Both the position numbers and the translations under genes were made by a program. Below, piece after piece: positions 1 to 10,418 of a stretch of DNA of 64,000 nt. The stretch lies in the NCBI GenBank assembly GCA_963663965.2, contig CAXXFK010000021.1, positions 64,001 through 128,000 of the forward strand. The letters run 5' to 3'. Positions within the stretch are counted from its first letter, which is position 1; the number at the start of each line of letters is the position of its first letter. The DNA is from Sedimentisphaerales bacterium. GTDB lineage: Bacteria; Planctomycetota; Phycisphaerae; Sedimentisphaerales; SM23-30. The notes under the pieces were generated by a model. It was given only the letters and a program-made list of their open reading frames with translations. It made no database searches and was not told the origin of the DNA.

Positions 1-29
1 AGAACATATTCAGGTATTGGAGAATTGCC

Positions 30-3000
30 ATGCCAGATAAAACATTTTACCAAATAGCCTTTTGTTTCCTGAGTTCGCTACCTTTCATCTGCCGCTCGGC
101 CCTTGCCACTAATACAGGAGCGGTCATGCCAGACTATTTACGCTGCGAATATCGAGTCAATCCCATCGGAATCGATAATACCTCACCACGCTTAAGCTGG
201 ACTCTCCAATCCTCTCAGCGTGGTCAAAATCAAACTGCTTATCGTATCCTCATCGCCTCTTCCTCTGAAAAACTCCAACTGGACCAGGGGGACTTATGGG
301 ACTCCGGCAAAGTCAACAGCGCCGAAACCACCGCAATCACTTATGCCGGTACTCCCTTAACTTCAGGCCTGGACTGTTTCTGGAAAGTTAAAGCCTGGGA
401 TAATAGTGGCAATGAGAGCCCCTGGAGCGCACCGGCTCACTGGTCTATGGGCCTATTGCAAGCCAACGACTGGGAAGCCCAATGGATAGGTTTTGATCCT
501 GCCGATGCCATTCCATCGCTCCCGCCGGCCATGAGCCGCGCCAACTGGATCTGGAGCCATACCAATGCCAATATCAGCGCCGCGCCCGGCCTGCGCTATT
601 TTCGGCGCTCGTTTCAACTACCGGCTGGCCAGCAGATCTCACAAGCCCATTGCTATATCACGGCTGACAATGCCTATGAACTTTATCTCAACGGCCACTA
701 CCTTAAAAGCGGCAGCGATCACACAGTCATTTCTTCTGTTACCCTCTCAGAATTCCTGCAATCTAGAACCAACACGTTGGCAGTTCAGGTGGAGAATCAG
801 GGCGATTCATCCAATCCGGCTGGATTACTGGCGGCAATAGTCATCGAATTTACTAATAACGAAACTCTGGAAATAGTCAGTGACAACCAGTGGCGTACCA
901 ATTCGCAGGAAATCACCAATTGGAAGACTATCTCCTTCGATGATTCGAACTGGGCCAATACTGTAAGCCTTGGCCTGTACGGTATGTCTCCCTGGCAGCA
1001 AACAAAAATGCCCCAGCTGCCGCCCGCACGCTATTTGCGTAATGCTTACCAGCTTGCCGACAAACCCATCAAAAAAGCCCGGATATACGCTTCTGCCCTG
1101 GGCATTTATCAGCTCTATATGAATGGCCGGCGGATTTCTCAGGACTACTTCTCACCCGGTTGGGAAGACTACACTAAGCGCATCTATTATCGCACCTACG
1201 ATGTCACCAGCGTTCTGCAAAGCGGCGATAATGCTATCGGTGCGGTTCTGGCAGATGGCTGGTTCGCCGGCTATGTTGGTTACGCCGGGCAACGAAACCA
1301 TTACGGCCAGTATCTCCGTTTGCTGTGCCAGCTGAGTATTGAATATCAGGATGGCACCACTCAAACCATTGCTTCAGGCCCCGACTGGAAGGGTTCTTTG
1401 GGCCCAATCCGTCAAGCCGACTTCCTCAAAGGTGAATCTTATGATGCCCGACGGGAATTACCCGGCTGGAACACTCCAGGCTGCGACCAGAGTCACTGGC
1501 AGCCGGTCACCACCGGGCGCCCCGAGATTCAGCCGACAGTCCAGGCCGCCGTCTCCGAACCGGTGGTTGTCTTTGAAGAAGTTCATCCCGTTGCCATTAC
1601 TCAGCCTGTTCCCGGACAGTACGTGTTTAATATGGGCCAGAATTTCGCCGGTGTCGTTCGGATTCAAGTCCAGGGCCAACCCGGCCAGACCATCCAGCTC
1701 CGGCATGCCGAACGCCTCAATCCCGATGGGACTATCTATACAGCCAACCTGCGTTCCGCGACTTCTACCGATACCTATATCTGCAAGGGTGAAGGGATCG
1801 AAACCTGGCAGCCGTATTTCACCTTCCACGGTTTCCAATATGTCGAACTGACCGGTCTTGATTATCAACCTGCCCTCGATACCATAGTCGGCCTGGCTCT
1901 CAGCAGCAATACACCCACTGTCGGGACTTTCGAATGTTCCGATCCCATGGTCAACAAACTGCAATCCAACGCCGTCTGGACCCAGCGGATGAACTTTATT
2001 GATATTCCCACCGATTGCCCCCAGCGTGATGAACGACTCGGCTGGACTGGAGACGCCCAGGTCTATATCAATACCGCCTGTTATCATAACGATGTCCAGG
2101 CCTTCTTTACCAAGTGGCTCGTCGATCTGACCGACGCACAACGGTCCGACGGCCAGTTCCCTACCGTCGCGCCCTTGAAAGTTTCTGGTAGCGACGGCGG
2201 ACCGGCCTGGGCCGATGCCGGGATTATCTGTCCCTGGACCATCTATAAAATGTACGGCGATACCCAAATTCTGGCCACTCATTACGAAGCCATGAAAAAG
2301 TTCATCACCTTCTGCCATAACCGCTGCACCGTTGATCTGTTGCCGCCCGCCTCATTCCACTGTTTTGGCGACTGGCTCAACATCAATGATAATACCCCCG
2401 CTGATGTCATCTATATGGCCTATTTTGCCCATAGCACCGATCTGATGGCCCGTATCGCTGAAGCCCTCGGCCAGACCGCCGATGCCGCCAGCTACCGCCA
2501 GTTATTCGAACAGATCAAAGCCTCGTTCAATGCCGCTTATGTGGATACCAGCGGTGTTATCAAAGGGGATACCCAGACCGCATACGTCATGGCCATCGCC
2601 TATGACCTGCTGGACAATACCAAACTTGAATTGGCCGCCGGTCATCTGGTCCGCCGTATCAAAGAATGCGACTGGCATCTCGCCACTGGTTTTGTCGGCA
2701 CCAAAGACCTGATGCTGGCCCTGGCAAAGATCGGCCGCAATGATGTCGCTTACCGTCTATTGCATAACGATACCTTCCCCTCCTGGGGATACTCCATCAA
2801 GTACGGCGCCACCTCCATCTGGGAACGCTGGAACGGCTGGACACCCGAACAGGGTTTTGCTGATCCCGGTATGAATTCATTCGCCCATTATTCTTTTGGC
2901 GCGGTCTGTCAGTGGATCTTCGAAAATATCGGCGGGATCCAGACCGATGGCCCGGCCTTCAAACACATTGTCCTGAAACCTCAGCCCGGCGGTACCCTGA

Positions 3001-5522
3001 CTTACGCCAAAACCAGTTTCCAGTCCATCCGGGGCCTCATTCAGACCGACTGGCAATTGGATGGCCCGGTATTCCAATGTCAGCTTTCTATCCCGCCCAA
3101 CACCACCGCCACCTTATATATCCCCACTGACAATGCGAGCAGTGTAACCGAATCGAACATCCCTGCCACCCAGGCTGCCGGAGTAACATTCATAGAATTT
3201 AAAAATGGTTATGCTATCTATTCCCTGATGTCCGGCGCCTATCATTTTCAGTCACGCCTCAGTTGGGCCATTTTACCATGGACCTCCGATGCCGACGCTA
3301 CTATCAGCGCCGGTAAAGTTTACACCCATAAAGTCAACCTCCATACCGATGAATCCCAAACCACGATTGTCAATGGCGTCTCCTTTGAAAATGACAATAA
3401 CCGCGCCGGATCCAACTGGTCCCTGGTCACAGCGCCCCTCACTCATACCCGTACTTACGATATCCAGATAACCGGCGATGGCGCGGCTCTGGTTCGCAAC
3501 TTTTTCTATTATGAACCTGCTCAGCTTAAACTCACTGGTCTGATTCCCGGTCGTCAATACTGTCTGACTCATTATACCAGGGGCTTTGGCGATCCCGGCG
3601 AACGCTATGTCAATATTACCAGTAGTATCGACAACTCTACCTCTCTTTTCGATCAGAATTTCTTCGGCAACGGAAACGGGGCTTTGTTCCGGTACACTTA
3701 TATCGCCCCCGCCTCCGGCCAGCTCACTCTGACTTACCAGGCGGTCAATCCGGCGGATACCTGGCACCACTACGCCTTCACCAATGAAGAAGTAATTCCC
3801 GTATATCTCGATCCAGCTCCGCTGCCCGGTGCTGAAATCGAAATCGACTCCAACTTAAGCTGGACACTCAACGGCTCCCTGTCTGATCCTCAATATCGCT
3901 TGATCCTTGCCACCAATCCCAACCTGTCCAACCCCGTAACAGACGTTTCCGGCCTGACGGATAACCGTTATACGCCATCCCTGAATGCCGGTACCGACTA
4001 TTACTGGCAGGTAACTATTCTCAAAGATGATACGATCGTCTATACCAGCCCAATCTGGCAGTTCACCACGCTAACCGCTCCCCCCGACGCCGAAAAAGTT
4101 CTCCAATGGTCCTTTAACGAAACCCGGGGCGCTGTCGCATATCAATCTGTACCTGCTTCAATAGGGGATGGAACACTGATCGGATTTAACGATCCCGACT
4201 CCCCTTCAGTTCATCAGCCCGGTCTGGCAGGGAACGCCTTACTGCTCAATGGCGCGGATGAATATGTCGATATCAGTTCCGCCCATAACGCTCTGCCCAT
4301 CGCCGAAGGCCAGTCTTTCTCGATCTCCGGTTATTTCCGCACCTATGGTAATTACGGTCCGCTGTTTTCCATGCGTAACTCCAATACCGAAACCCCCATT
4401 ATCGATATTACCCTGGGAGCGGATGGCGTTCAGAACCAGCCCGGCAAAGTCTGTCTCCTCGTTCGCGAGAATAACGGCTACATGAGCTATATCAATTCCG
4501 GCCAGAACGTCAACGATGGCCAGTGGCACAATCTCATCGTTACCCGTCACGACAATATATGGACTCTTTACCTCGACGGGAACGTTCGAGCCACCATGTC
4601 CGGAAGCGCCACCGGCGCCCTTACACCCAACTGGCTGGCTATCGGCAGTTCCATCGAATGGCTCTCAGCCAATTGGCAGCCTAATTATAACCACTATCGC
4701 TTTTTCAAAGGACTGGTGGACGAATTTACCGTCTGGCAGGGTGTCCTGCAACCTCATCAAAGGACTCAGCTTCAGGCGCTGATTACGGCGCCACAGGACA
4801 TCAACTCCGATTCGATAATCGATTCGCTGGATCTTAACACCATGGCTGATCAATGGCTCACCAACCAGATCATTCCCGCCCAATCCAGCATTCTGGAGGA
4901 TATGGAAGCCTATAACGCCACGGCCATCTCTTATAGCGATTACTGGCTCAATCCTGCCGAATCCGGCTACGGCAATACCGACCTGGCTATCGTCCACGAC
5001 TCCGCCGCAGGCCAGGCCTTACAATGGAACTTTAACTTTAATGGTAACCAATATGCCAAATGCAATTTCCGTCTGCGTGATCGCCGTACGGACCTTGCGC
5101 CATTCAATCGTTTGCAGATCCGCCTGAAAAAACCAGCCTCCAATCCCGGCGATACCTTGCTACTTGACCTTTACGACGGCCGATCCAATATCGATCCCAT
5201 CAGTTCAGGTTTGTATTACAAAGGCCGCGCCAGTTTTGATCTGTCCAATCTACCTGCCAATCAGTGGACAACCCTCCAGGCCGAAATTCCCTACGACTTT
5301 GCGAACGGCTTCCCCGAAACCTGTCACGATCTCTACCAATTTGATCTGTTCATCGGCGAAACCGATCGTACCGGTTCCGGAACCCTTCTGATCGATACCA
5401 TCACCTTGATTAATGACGCGCCCGATTGTTTCCCGGCCGTTGACAGCCTCCAACCTGACCTAAACGACGATTGTATAGTCAATTTGCTGGATTATCTTCT
5501 GTTATCCCAGGTCTGGGAATGA
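30..5522 (+). CDS. Secreted multimodular alpha-L-rhamnosidase (GH78) with LamG-like domain, CBM-like domain and dockerin-like repeats
   Basis: Signal-peptide-like N-terminus. GH78 motifs LRCEY..NP.GID, FTFHGFQYVE, PTDCPQRDERLGWTGDA, GATSIWERWN, MNSFAHY. LamG-like VNDGQWHNL...GLVDEF. C-terminal DINSDSIIDSLDL and DLNDDCIVNLLD repeats. Confidence 0.92.
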   Translation: MPDKTFYQIAFCFLSSLPFICRSALATNTGAVMPDYLRCEYRVNPIGIDNTSPRLSWTLQSSQRGQNQTAYRILIASSSEKLQLDQGDLWDSGKVNSAETTAITYAGTPLTSGLDCFWKVKAWDNSGNESPWSAPAHWSMGLLQANDWEAQWIGFDPADAIPSLPPAMSRANWIWSHTNANISAAPGLRYFRRSFQLPAGQQISQAHCYITADNAYELYLNGHYLKSGSDHTVISSVTLSEFLQSRTNTLAVQVENQGDSSNPAGLLAAIVIEFTNNETLEIVSDNQWRTNSQEITNWKTISFDDSNWANTVSLGLYGMSPWQQTKMPQLPPARYLRNAYQLADKPIKKARIYASALGIYQLYMNGRRISQDYFSPGWEDYTKRIYYRTYDVTSVLQSGDNAIGAVLADGWFAGYVGYAGQRNHYGQYLRLLCQLSIEYQDGTTQTIASGPDWKGSLGPIRQADFLKGESYDARRELPGWNTPGCDQSHWQPVTTGRPEIQPTVQAAVSEPVVVFEEVHPVAITQPVPGQYVFNMGQNFAGVVRIQVQGQPGQTIQLRHAERLNPDGTIYTANLRSATSTDTYICKGEGIETWQPYFTFHGFQYVELTGLDYQPALDTIVGLALSSNTPTVGTFECSDPMVNKLQSNAVWTQRMNFIDIPTDCPQRDERLGWTGDAQVYINTACYHNDVQAFFTKWLVDLTDAQRSDGQFPTVAPLKVSGSDGGPAWADAGIICPWTIYKMYGDTQILATHYEAMKKFITFCHNRCTVDLLPPASFHCFGDWLNINDNTPADVIYMAYFAHSTDLMARIAEALGQTADAASYRQLFEQIKASFNAAYVDTSGVIKGDTQTAYVMAIAYDLLDNTKLELAAGHLVRRIKECDWHLATGFVGTKDLMLALAKIGRNDVAYRLLHNDTFPSWGYSIKYGATSIWERWNGWTPEQGFADPGMNSFAHYSFGAVCQWIFENIGGIQTDGPAFKHIVLKPQPGGTLTYAKTSFQSIRGLIQTDWQLDGPVFQCQLSIPPNTTATLYIPTDNASSVTESNIPATQAAGVTFIEFKNGYAIYSLMSGAYHFQSRLSWAILPWTSDADATISAGKVYTHKVNLHTDESQTTIVNGVSFENDNNRAGSNWSLVTAPLTHTRTYDIQITGDGAALVRNFFYYEPAQLKLTGLIPGRQYCLTHYTRGFGDPGERYVNITSSIDNSTSLFDQNFFGNGNGALFRYTYIAPASGQLTLTYQAVNPADTWHHYAFTNEEVIPVYLDPAPLPGAEIEIDSNLSWTLNGSLSDPQYRLILATNPNLSNPVTDVSGLTDNRYTPSLNAGTDYYWQVTILKDDTIVYTSPIWQFTTLTAPPDAEKVLQWSFNETRGAVAYQSVPASIGDGTLIGFNDPDSPSVHQPGLAGNALLLNGADEYVDISSAHNALPIAEGQSFSISGYFRTYGNYGPLFSMRNSNTETPIIDITLGADGVQNQPGKVCLLVRENNGYMSYINSGQNVNDGQWHNLIVTRHDNIWTLYLDGNVRATMSGSATGALTPNWLAIGSSIEWLSANWQPNYNHYRFFKGLVDEFTVWQGVLQPHQRTQLQALITAPQDINSDSIIDSLDLNTMADQWLTNQIIPAQSSILEDMEAYNATAISYSDYWLNPAESGYGNTDLAIVHDSAAGQALQWNFNFNGNQYAKCNFRLRDRRTDLAPFNRLQIRLKKPASNPGDTLLLDLYDGRSNIDPISSGLYYKGRASFDLSNLPANQWTTLQAEIPYDFANGFPETCHDLYQFDLFIGETDRTGSGTLLIDTITLINDAPDCFPAVDSLQPDLNDDCIVNLLDYLLLSQVWE

Positions 5523-5553
5523 AATTCGGATGTTTCCATATAATCCGCCTATT

Positions 5554-5587
5554 AAAAAAGCCCGCTGAAAGAACAACGGGCTTTTTT
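5554..5587. terminator. Bidirectional intrinsic terminator
   Basis: AAAAAAGCCCG-N12-CGGGCTTTTTT between convergent genes. Confidence 0.85.
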
Positions 5588-5611
5588 ATTTTGTGATTGA
5601 TCGATAATGTC

Positions 5612-7036
5612 TTACCAGGTCTCCGTCACTATAAACTTAATCACATGCTCGGAATCAGGGATCGTCTTGATCGTAAACCGGGCGGTCGTTGCGTCGATCT
5701 TTTCATAATCGATATTATTCGAACTGATAACCCAGGTTCGATTTTCCATGAATTTTTCATCGACACAAACCGAAACTGTTTCAGTCTTACGGTTTTTGAT
5801 CGTTATTTCCCGCGTGGTCTGACGCCAGCCAGTCCGGGCTTTCTGATCCACGGATTTCTGTTCACCCACAATGTCGAACGCGTCCCCGATATAAAGTTTC
5901 ACCTTCTCCTCACGCGGGGTATGATCGATACTGTCTTCACCAACAAATTCCAACGCATCATCGGCCGGATCCTTCTTAAAAGTCCGGATTTTACCTGCCG
6001 GTAACGCGATACCCAGGCCATATGTCTCCTTATTATCGAACTCAAACATGATCTTAACCTTGTTTTCGCGGTTGCGCACCAGCCATGGATCAATCGACGT
6101 TTCATAAATATACCTTTTTTCCACCGGAATATCATGTACCGGTTCAATGAATTCGATCTGCTTGGTCTGGTTATTATTCAAGGTGCTGGCCCGGCCCAGG
6201 GTATACATATGGTAATCCATAAAGGCTTTCTCTTCGAATCCCGCCGGAGCGGCTTCCGGTTCCGCCATCATCATTAATTCGGTCCGGGCTCGACGGGTCA
6301 TGATTGGCGGACTGATCCGTCGAACGTTACCGGCAATCAATTTCACTTTTGCGTCCTGATAAGCGGCTCCACTTCGATTATCGATCGTAACCCAGCCGGT
6401 CAGATCCAGCGCTTTCTCATTGTCGGATATAATCGCGGTATAGTCCGCCTTCCAACTCATTCCCGTCGCCGTATAGGTAATCTGGCAAGGCTGAGCGCCG
6501 GCCAGCTTGCTCTGTGCCAGCCAGACCAGCGTCGGCCGCGTGATTAAATCCTCCGGCCGCTTTTCCAGCATGATGCGTTCCACACTGTCCCGGTTCACTA
6601 TTTCGATCATACCCGACACGGCGTTCTGGATTATCAAATCCGAACCGATCGCGGCATTCAGGATCCCCGATATCTGATTCGGGTTTCCCTGGCCACTGCC
6701 TTTCACCCAGATGTTTACTCTTTTATCGATATATCGCTTCAGTAAACTATCGGTATTGACCAGATCATATTCATAATTCTGTTCCAGAATACTTACCTGA
6801 TCAGGCTTGTTCAAACATTTGAAACTCACACTGGTTGGATCGATCGTCGCCGCCACATCGGTAAATCGTAAAGTATTCAGACCGCTTTTTAACTCCAGAG
6901 ACCGATTGTCACGAATGACGGCAAAATTATCGTTATAGACAGTGATGGCAACCGAATCACGTTCACCGGTCGCCCCTGCCACGCTGATCATGATCGCGAT
7001 AAGAAATCCAAATAGATACTGCTGTCCGGTTTTCAT
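5612..7036 (-). CDS. DUF4139/DUF4140-type secreted protein
   Basis: ITVYNDNFAVIRD, EQNYEYDL, SWKADY, GWVTIDNRSG, FVGEDSIDHTP. Start placed at MKTGQQ, which follows an AAGGAG RBS. Confidence 0.8.
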   Translation of the reverse strand: MKTGQQYLFGFLIAIMISVAGATGERDSVAITVYNDNFAVIRDNRSLELKSGLNTLRFTDVAATIDPTSVSFKCLNKPDQVSILEQNYEYDLVNTDSLLKRYIDKRVNIWVKGSGQGNPNQISGILNAAIGSDLIIQNAVSGMIEIVNRDSVERIMLEKRPEDLITRPTLVWLAQSKLAGAQPCQITYTATGMSWKADYTAIISDNEKALDLTGWVTIDNRSGAAYQDAKVKLIAGNVRRISPPIMTRRARTELMMMAEPEAAPAGFEEKAFMDYHMYTLGRASTLNNNQTKQIEFIEPVHDIPVEKRYIYETSIDPWLVRNRENKVKIMFEFDNKETYGLGIALPAGKIRTFKKDPADDALEFVGEDSIDHTPREEKVKLYIGDAFDIVGEQKSVDQKARTGWRQTTREITIKNRKTETVSVCVDEKFMENRTWVISSNNIDYEKIDATTARFTIKTIPDSEHVIKFIVTETW

Positions 7037-7109
7037 AACTAACTCCTTACTGAAAATACAGTTACAATACACTATATCATAGTATCGAACGATACCCTTT
7101 TCAAACTTT

Positions 7110-7143
7110 AGGGTACCTCTAAAAATTGTTTTAGAGGTGCCCT
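7110..7143. repeat. Palindromic dispersed element, copy 1 (REP/MITE-like or operator)
   Basis: AGGGTACCTCTAAAA-ATTG-TTTTAGAGGTGCCCT, with 14/15-bp inverted arms. Related copy at 41114-41146. Confidence 0.65.
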
Positions 7144-7247
7144 TTGTAATCTTTTAGATGTTTTACCCCCACAAAAGTATGCAATATAAATGTAAAAACT
7201 CCCCTTTATAGTATAGTAGCAAAACCGTTATTTTTGGAGATATTGAC

Positions 7248-8636
7248 ATGAATAAACAAATTTTCGTGATCTTATTAGCTTTGGGCACCCTGGTTTTCAG
7301 TGCAGAAAATGATAAAATTAAACCAAAAATGCTCGATATCTGGCCTGAAAATCCCGCTTACTGGTCTTATGACAACAAGCCGGTCCTGCTGATTGGCGGT
7401 AGTGACGATGACAACCTCTTCCAGCATCCCAAATTAAAAGAACAACTCGATCTGCTCAAAAATTGCGGCGGGAACTACATCCGCAATACCATGAGTGCCC
7501 GTAATGATCGCGGCTGGGAGGTCCAGGCCTTCTTAAAGCTGGACAATGGCCGCTACGATCTGGAACGCTGGAATCCGGAGTATTGGCAACGGTTCGAAAA
7601 TATGCTCAAATGGACTGCCGAACGTGACATTATTATACAGATCGAAGTCTGGGCCACCTTCGATTATTATCGCGAACCCTGGGCTGCCAATCCTTTTAAT
7701 CCCAGGAATAATATCAATTACACCCCCGAGACCTCCGGCCTGCCTGTTGAAGTCAACTCTCATCCAACCCGGACGGAAAACAACTTTTTCTGGTCTGTCC
7801 CCAAAGAACGCAACCAGAAAACCGTACTGAAATATCAAAAACAATTCGTCGACAAAATACTCTCCTATACCCTCTCTAGAGGTAACGTGCTCTATTGCAT
7901 GGATAACGAAACCTCTGTCACTCCCGAATGGGGCTACTACTGGTCCGATTATATCCGCAACCGGGCCCGGCAGGCCGGCGTCAAGGTCCATACTACCGAA
8001 ATGTGGGACAACTGGAACCTGGCAGACAAACAGCATAATCCATCCTTCGATCATCCCGAAATTTACTCATTCGTCGATATCTCTCAGAACAACCATCAAA
8101 AAGGCCAGCAACATTGGGATAACGCCCAGAAACAGCGCGCCCGTATTGCGGATCATATCCGTCCTTTGAATAACGTCAAAATCTACGGAGCCGATACCGG
8201 CCGGTTCGGTAACAGCCAGGACGGCCAGGAACGGTTCTGGCGCAATATCTTCGGCGGCCTTGCTTCCGCCCGGTTCCACCGCCCCGATTCTGGACTTGGA
8301 TTAAGTGAAATCGCCCAGGCCAATATCCATAGCCTCCGCCAACTCACCGACCGGATGGATTTCTTTCATTGCCGGCCACATAATGAACTTCTAGCGGACC
8401 GTCAGGATAACGAAGCCTATTGTATCGCGCAACCCGGCCGGGAATATGCCGTCTATTTCCCTCAGGGTGGCCAGGTTCAATTGAAACTGGACCGTTCCCA
8501 ACCGGTTTCCATTCATTGGCTGGATATTGCCAAAACAACCTGGCAAAAACCAATCCACAACCAATCAGGGAACACAATCAACCTCAAATGCCAGAACAAT
8601 CAGAGTTGGGCAGTCCTGGTCCAGATCAACGAATGA
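7248..8636 (+). CDS. Secreted putative glycoside hydrolase (TIM-barrel, clan-A-like) with C-terminal beta-sandwich (putative collagen-binding-type domain)
   Basis: Signal peptide; YDLERWNPEYWQR; NVLYCMDNE (NE acid/base-like); C-terminal AYCIAQPGREYAVYFP...W. Confidence 0.6.
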   Translation: MNKQIFVILLALGTLVFSAENDKIKPKMLDIWPENPAYWSYDNKPVLLIGGSDDDNLFQHPKLKEQLDLLKNCGGNYIRNTMSARNDRGWEVQAFLKLDNGRYDLERWNPEYWQRFENMLKWTAERDIIIQIEVWATFDYYREPWAANPFNPRNNINYTPETSGLPVEVNSHPTRTENNFFWSVPKERNQKTVLKYQKQFVDKILSYTLSRGNVLYCMDNETSVTPEWGYYWSDYIRNRARQAGVKVHTTEMWDNWNLADKQHNPSFDHPEIYSFVDISQNNHQKGQQHWDNAQKQRARIADHIRPLNNVKIYGADTGRFGNSQDGQERFWRNIFGGLASARFHRPDSGLGLSEIAQANIHSLRQLTDRMDFFHCRPHNELLADRQDNEAYCIAQPGREYAVYFPQGGQVQLKLDRSQPVSIHWLDIAKTTWQKPIHNQSGNTINLKCQNNQSWAVLVQINE

Positions 8637-8648
8637 CCGCCTGACAGG

Positions 8649-10397
8649 CTAAACCATCTGTTGTCGATGGGATGAAACTGACACGACCAGACCAATCACG
8701 CTGGCAATGGCAAATAGCGTCGCCGCGAAAATCCCCATGACCTTCGCCGAACCGGGATTGATCACCGCCAGTACCGCCATCATCACGCCACAAATACCAA
8801 TACTCCATGCCACCACCAAAGCCGGCAGTCGACTGGCCCTGACTTGCCCACGGCTCTCCAGTAGGGTTTCCTCCGCGGCCAGTTGCTCAATGCGGACATA
8901 ACCCGGATCCACTCGTGAGCCCGAAACGACCTGGATAATCCCCAATATCACCAACGGCAAGATGACGCCCGTAAATGTCTTCATCATCGACATGTGAGCC
9001 TGAATCCACTCAGCCCAACCCGCCAGCGCCGGTATTGAAGCCAGAAACCCTCCCTGGTCCAGGCCAAACCGAACGATAAATCCAACAGCAAATCCTATCC
9101 CGGCCGTTACCCATACCGCCATGCGATTCACCCGGCGACTGAATACACCCCATATTGTCGGCGCTAGTAATGAAACGCACATAATCTCGGTAATCGAAAC
9201 AACCACCTTTTCAGCTCCGCCCATTACCGGGATCAACACGGCGATAACAATCAGGAATCCACCCAGTAATATTGTAAACCATCGCCCTGCCGCAACCATC
9301 TGCGTATCGCTTGGGATAACGCGACGCATGGGACGATAGATGTCGTTGGTAAGCACCCCGGAAAATACATTCAATTGCGAACTGACCATACTCGCCGTCG
9401 CTGAGAACATCGCCGCCAGCATCAATCCAACCATCCCCGGCGGCAAGACGCTTTTACAGGACAGAATATACGCGTTCTCCGCCAGCAACCGAATCTCATC
9501 GTCAGATGCCCCCTCCGGGATGGGCGACTGGATCCGCCACAACATCGGCGGCAACAGCCACAACAATGGACTTAATAAATAAAGACCGCCAAAAAGATAC
9601 GTACTCTTACGCGCGTCACGGGCGCTGGGCACACAGATAAACCGCTGGACAAAGGCCCACTCCGCCCCGATCATAAAAAAGTGGATCGCGCACCAACCCG
9701 CCAGAAAAAACCAGGTGTATTCTCCGCCAATCGGCTTGAAAAACCCATCCGGCGCCTGATGGATAAAACGGCTCACCCCGCCTACCTTGATAAATGCCAG
9801 CGGCACCACAAATAAAACCGCCAGGTTCAACACAATAAACTGCAAGACATCGGTCATCAAAACCGCCCACAACCCGCCAAACATGGTATATAAAACAACA
9901 ACCCCGCCAAAGAGAACGATGGCAGAATTCAATCCCGCCGAAGAAAACTCCCCGTTGGTCAACAATGCCATGAAAATTGTACCCAGCGCGTAAAGCGACC
10001 CGGCAGTCGTGATGATCCGGAAAGTCATCATAAACCAGGTATAAAAATGTAACGCTCCCTTGCCATACCGTTGCTGAATAAACTCTGCCGGTGTCTTAAT
10101 GCCAAGCTGCTTCCATTTCCCGGCAATGAAATATCCTACCAATAACGCTGCAACGCCATACATCAGGTTAATGGCGACCGCTACCATACCATACTTATAC
10201 GCGATCCCTCCCCAGACCACAAAAGTATTCGCCGAAAACATGGTCATGAACGCGCTCAATCCGCTGGTCCACCAGGGCGACTGACCGCCCGCCGCAAACA
10301 TATCGGCAGCGCTCTTGTTCTTGCCGGTAAACAGCATCCCCACCGCGATTATCCCTAGTAAATAACCAATGAGCACCACATAATCGGAAGTATGCAT
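8649..10397 (-). CDS. Sodium:solute symporter (SSS family), probably for a sugar
   Basis: Many TM segments; SPWWTSGLSAFMTMFSANTFV, YTMFGGLWAVLMTDVLQF, GLMLAAMFSATAS. Confidence 0.9.
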   Translation of the reverse strand: MHTSDYVVLIGYLLGIIAVGMLFTGKNKSAADMFAAGGQSPWWTSGLSAFMTMFSANTFVVWGGIAYKYGMVAVAINLMYGVAALLVGYFIAGKWKQLGIKTPAEFIQQRYGKGALHFYTWFMMTFRIITTAGSLYALGTIFMALLTNGEFSSAGLNSAIVLFGGVVVLYTMFGGLWAVLMTDVLQFIVLNLAVLFVVPLAFIKVGGVSRFIHQAPDGFFKPIGGEYTWFFLAGWCAIHFFMIGAEWAFVQRFICVPSARDARKSTYLFGGLYLLSPLLWLLPPMLWRIQSPIPEGASDDEIRLLAENAYILSCKSVLPPGMVGLMLAAMFSATASMVSSQLNVFSGVLTNDIYRPMRRVIPSDTQMVAAGRWFTILLGGFLIVIAVLIPVMGGAEKVVVSITEIMCVSLLAPTIWGVFSRRVNRMAVWVTAGIGFAVGFIVRFGLDQGGFLASIPALAGWAEWIQAHMSMMKTFTGVILPLVILGIIQVVSGSRVDPGYVRIEQLAAEETLLESRGQVRASRLPALVVAWSIGICGVMMAVLAVINPGSAKVMGIFAATLFAIASVIGLVVSVSSHRQQMV

Positions 10398-10418
10398 GAA
10401 TTCCTTTCTAAAAAGGGA

